A DNA stretch of 59,949 nucleotides, filler included, from a bacterium (lineage in GTDB: Bacteria; RUG730): NCBI GenBank assembly GCA_031551405.1. It is 2 parts of 2 records of this genome, joined end to end, with 100 filler letters (N's around TTAATTAATTAA, not from the genome) between each part and the next. Parts side by side here need not be neighbours in the genome. Positions count along the whole stretch, not along the records: positions 31,186 to 59,949 come from JAVBNQ010000011.1; 1 more part is not named here. One strand, given 5' to 3'. The notes below the pieces were generated by a model that saw nothing but the letters and a program-made list of their open reading frames with translations, was not told the DNA's origin and made no database searches. Made by a program: the position numbers and the translations under genes. Below are positions 57,646 to 59,949 of the stretch, piece by piece; position 1 is the stretch's first letter; the number at the start of each line of letters is the position of its first letter.

Positions 57646-59739
57646 ATGAGTGTGAATGAAAAAAATATCCCGTTAAATAAGTTTAGAAATATTGGAATTA
57701 TTGCACATATTGACGCGGGAAAAACAACAACAAGCGAAAGAATTTTATTTTTCACTGGAAAAATCCATAAAATTGGTGAAGTTCATGAAGGGGCAGCGAC
57801 GATGGATTGGATGGAACAAGAACAAGAAAGAGGAATTACGATTACTTCTGCTGCAACGACAGCGATTTGGAAGGATTGCAGAATTAATTTGATTGATACT
57901 CCGGGTCACGTTGATTTTACGGTTGAAGTTGAGAGATCACTAAGGGTTTTGGATGGAGCAGTTGTTGTCATGTGCGCAGTTGGAGGAGTTCAGCCTCAAT
58001 CAGAAACTGTTTGGCGACAGGCTGACAAATATAAAGTCCCTCGTATGATTTTTGTTAATAAAATGGATAGAACTGGAGCAGATTTTTTTAATGTTCTTGG
58101 TCAAGCGAAAGAAAAACTTGGAGCCCATGCAGTTCCAATTCAGCTTCCAATAGGGGCTGAGTCAGATTTTAAGGGAATAATTGATCTGGTAACAATGACT
58201 GCAACAGAATTTGTAGATGATGACGGCAGCAATTTAAAAACTATTGAAATTCCTGCAGAGTATAAAGAAAAAGCCGAAAAATATCGTGAAAATTTATTAG
58301 AAGCAATTTCTGAGGTTGACGATAAAATTATGGAGCAATTTTTGGAAGGTGAACATATAGCTGAAAAAGAAATATATGATGCGTTGCGAAAAGGGACAAT
58401 AGACGCAAAATTTATGCCAATGCTATGTGGAGCGTCATTTAAAAATAAAGGAATCCAACAACTACTTGATGCAGTTAATGCGTTCTTGCCGTCTCCATTG
58501 GATATTGCGGCTGTTTCTGGAAAAGATGAAAATGGTAATGAGGCAATAAGAAAAGCCGACGTAAATGAGCCTTTTTCAGCTCTTGTGTTTAAAGTTGTAA
58601 CCGATCCTTTTATTGGTAAATTGACGTATATACGAGTTTATTCTGGAAAATTGGTTTCTGGTTCGTACGTTATAAATACTAACAAAGACAACAAAGAGAG
58701 AATTAGTAGGTTGCTCAGAATGCATTCTAATCACCGAGAAGAAGTGAAAGAAGCCTCAGCTGGAGAAATTGTTGCAGTTGTGGGATTGAAAAACAGCGTA
58801 ACAGGAGATACTCTTTCAGACGAAAAATCAAAAATAGTTTTGGAATCAATCGTTTTCCCAGAACCAGTGATACATCTTGCAATCGAGCCAAAAACAAAAG
58901 CTGACGAAGAAAAATTGGGAATTGCATTATCTAGACTTGCTGAGGAAGATCCTACTTTTAAAATTAAAACTGACAAAGAAACTGGGCAAACTGTGATCGC
59001 GGGAATGGGTGAATTGCATTTGGAAATTATTGTGGATAGAATGCAGCGTGAGTTTAATGTGGAAGCAAATATTGGTAATCCGCAAGTGGCATACAAGGAA
59101 GCAATAAATAAGAAAATTGAAGAAGAAGGTAAATATATAAAACAATCTGGTGGAAGAGGACAATATGGGCATGTTTGGCTTGAGATTGAGCCGATTCCTT
59201 TGGAAGAAGGAAAAGATTTTGAGTTTGTGAATAAAATTGTTGGTGGTATCATACCAAGAGAATATATTCCATCGATAGAAAAAGGCGCAAAAGAAAGTTT
59301 GGAATCAGGCCCGGTCGCTGGATATCCTGTCATGGGCGTAAAAGTTTCAGTATTTGATGGCTCGTTTCATGATGTTGACTCAAGCGATGCAGCTTTTAAA
59401 ATTGCAGCTTCTATGGCAATGAAAAGCGGAATGAAAAAGGCTAATCCTCAAATTTTGGAGCCGGTTATGAGTGTGGAAGTCACATCTCCTGAGACTTATA
59501 TGGGAGATATTATTGGCGATCTTAGTTCTCGCCGCGGAAAAATTTCAGGCATTGAGCATAAAGGCACTACCCAAATTGTAAAAGCCGACGTACCTCTTTC
59601 TGAGATGTTTGGATACGCAACTAACGTAAGATCTTTATCTCAAGGTCGCGCCTCTTATACTATGGAATTTGCGAAATATGAGGCAGTGCCTAATAGCATC
59701 GCAGAAAAGATAATCACGAAAGCTGGTGGGACAAATTAA
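57646..59739 (+). CDS. fusA: Elongation factor G
   Basis: [30 protein letters not shown]. Confidence 0.99.
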   Translation: MSVNEKNIPLNKFRNIGIIAHIDAGKTTTSERILFFTGKIHKIGEVHEGAATMDWMEQEQERGITITSAATTAIWKDCRINLIDTPGHVDFTVEVERSLRVLDGAVVVMCAVGGVQPQSETVWRQADKYKVPRMIFVNKMDRTGADFFNVLGQAKEKLGAHAVPIQLPIGAESDFKGIIDLVTMTATEFVDDDGSNLKTIEIPAEYKEKAEKYRENLLEAISEVDDKIMEQFLEGEHIAEKEIYDALRKGTIDAKFMPMLCGASFKNKGIQQLLDAVNAFLPSPLDIAAVSGKDENGNEAIRKADVNEPFSALVFKVVTDPFIGKLTYIRVYSGKLVSGSYVINTNKDNKERISRLLRMHSNHREEVKEASAGEIVAVVGLKNSVTGDTLSDEKSKIVLESIVFPEPVIHLAIEPKTKADEEKLGIALSRLAEEDPTFKIKTDKETGQTVIAGMGELHLEIIVDRMQREFNVEANIGNPQVAYKEAINKKIEEEGKYIKQSGGRGQYGHVWLEIEPIPLEEGKDFEFVNKIVGGIIPREYIPSIEKGAKESLESGPVAGYPVMGVKVSVFDGSFHDVDSSDAAFKIAASMAMKSGMKKANPQILEPVMSVEVTSPETYMGDIIGDLSSRRGKISGIEHKGTTQIVKADVPLSEMFGYATNVRSLSQGRASYTMEFAKYEAVPNSIAEKIITKAGGTN

Positions 59740-59761
59740 TTTTTTAACTAACAAAAAATTT

Positions 59762-59790
59762 AAAGCGAAGCGATAAACTTCGCTTTTTTT
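59762..59790 (+). terminator. Hairpin + U tract between fusA and tuf
   Basis: AAAGCGAAG-CGATAAA-CTTCGCTTTTTTT. Confidence 0.65.
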
Positions 59791-59839
59791 GTGTTTTCTT
59801 TATATAAAACAAACCAAAAACCTTGGAGGGAAAAGATAA

Positions 59840-59949
59840 ATGGGAAAAGAGAAATTTGAGAGGAAAAAGCCGCACGTAAATATAGGAACAATAGGACACG
59901 TAGACCATGGTAAGACGACATTGACAGCCGCGATATTGAATTATTTGTC
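59840..59949 (+). CDS. tuf: Elongation factor Tu (5' partial)
   Basis: Manual translation [40 protein letters not shown]. Confidence 0.97.
   Translation, partial: MGKEKFERKKPHVNIGTIGHVDHGKTTLTAAILNYL

Noticed and set aside
58731-59333. Long antisense ORFs (e.g. 200 aa opposite fusA, 165 aa opposite accD, 181 aa opposite the PfkB kinase)
   Set aside because: Shadow frames of conserved genes with no recognisable motifs.

Overview
AT-rich bacterial chromosomal segment from a diderm (lptD, fadL), probably anaerobic organism. RpoB/RpoC/16S features look Elusimicrobiota-like, which is an impression rather than a computed placement. A 100-nt artificial contig join (44 N + TTAATTAATTAA + 44 N, 31086-31185) splits the window. 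The left part is mostly minus-strand housekeeping: gcvT, rpiB, tpiA, parAB, nrdD, a class V aminotransferase, tig-clpP-clpX-lon, tRNA-Val/Asp, lptD, a ROK kinase, folC and accD, followed by serA and tRNA-Lys/Glu on the plus strand. The right part is plus-strand: truA-pfkA-folP-pfkB-rsmB-methyltransferase-ParB-like-SPL-like radical SAM, a complete rRNA operon, then secE-nusG-rplKAJL-rpoBC-rpsLG-fusA-tuf(partial). The best candidate for a new system is a ~6.7-kb island downstream of tRNA-Asp, with a probable decayed integrase and bounding direct repeats. It encodes a FadL-type fatty-acid channel, a tandem-PilZ/PhcB-like methyltransferase, a 7TM-GAF-GAF diguanylate cyclase and an XRE regulator, which suggests a fatty-acid-methyl-ester signalling circuit wired to c-di-GMP. 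Other notable items are an NrdD that stops just before its glycyl-radical motif, a family of structured mosaic intergenic repeats with a covarying core motif, and a ParB-like/SPL-like radical SAM gene pair.
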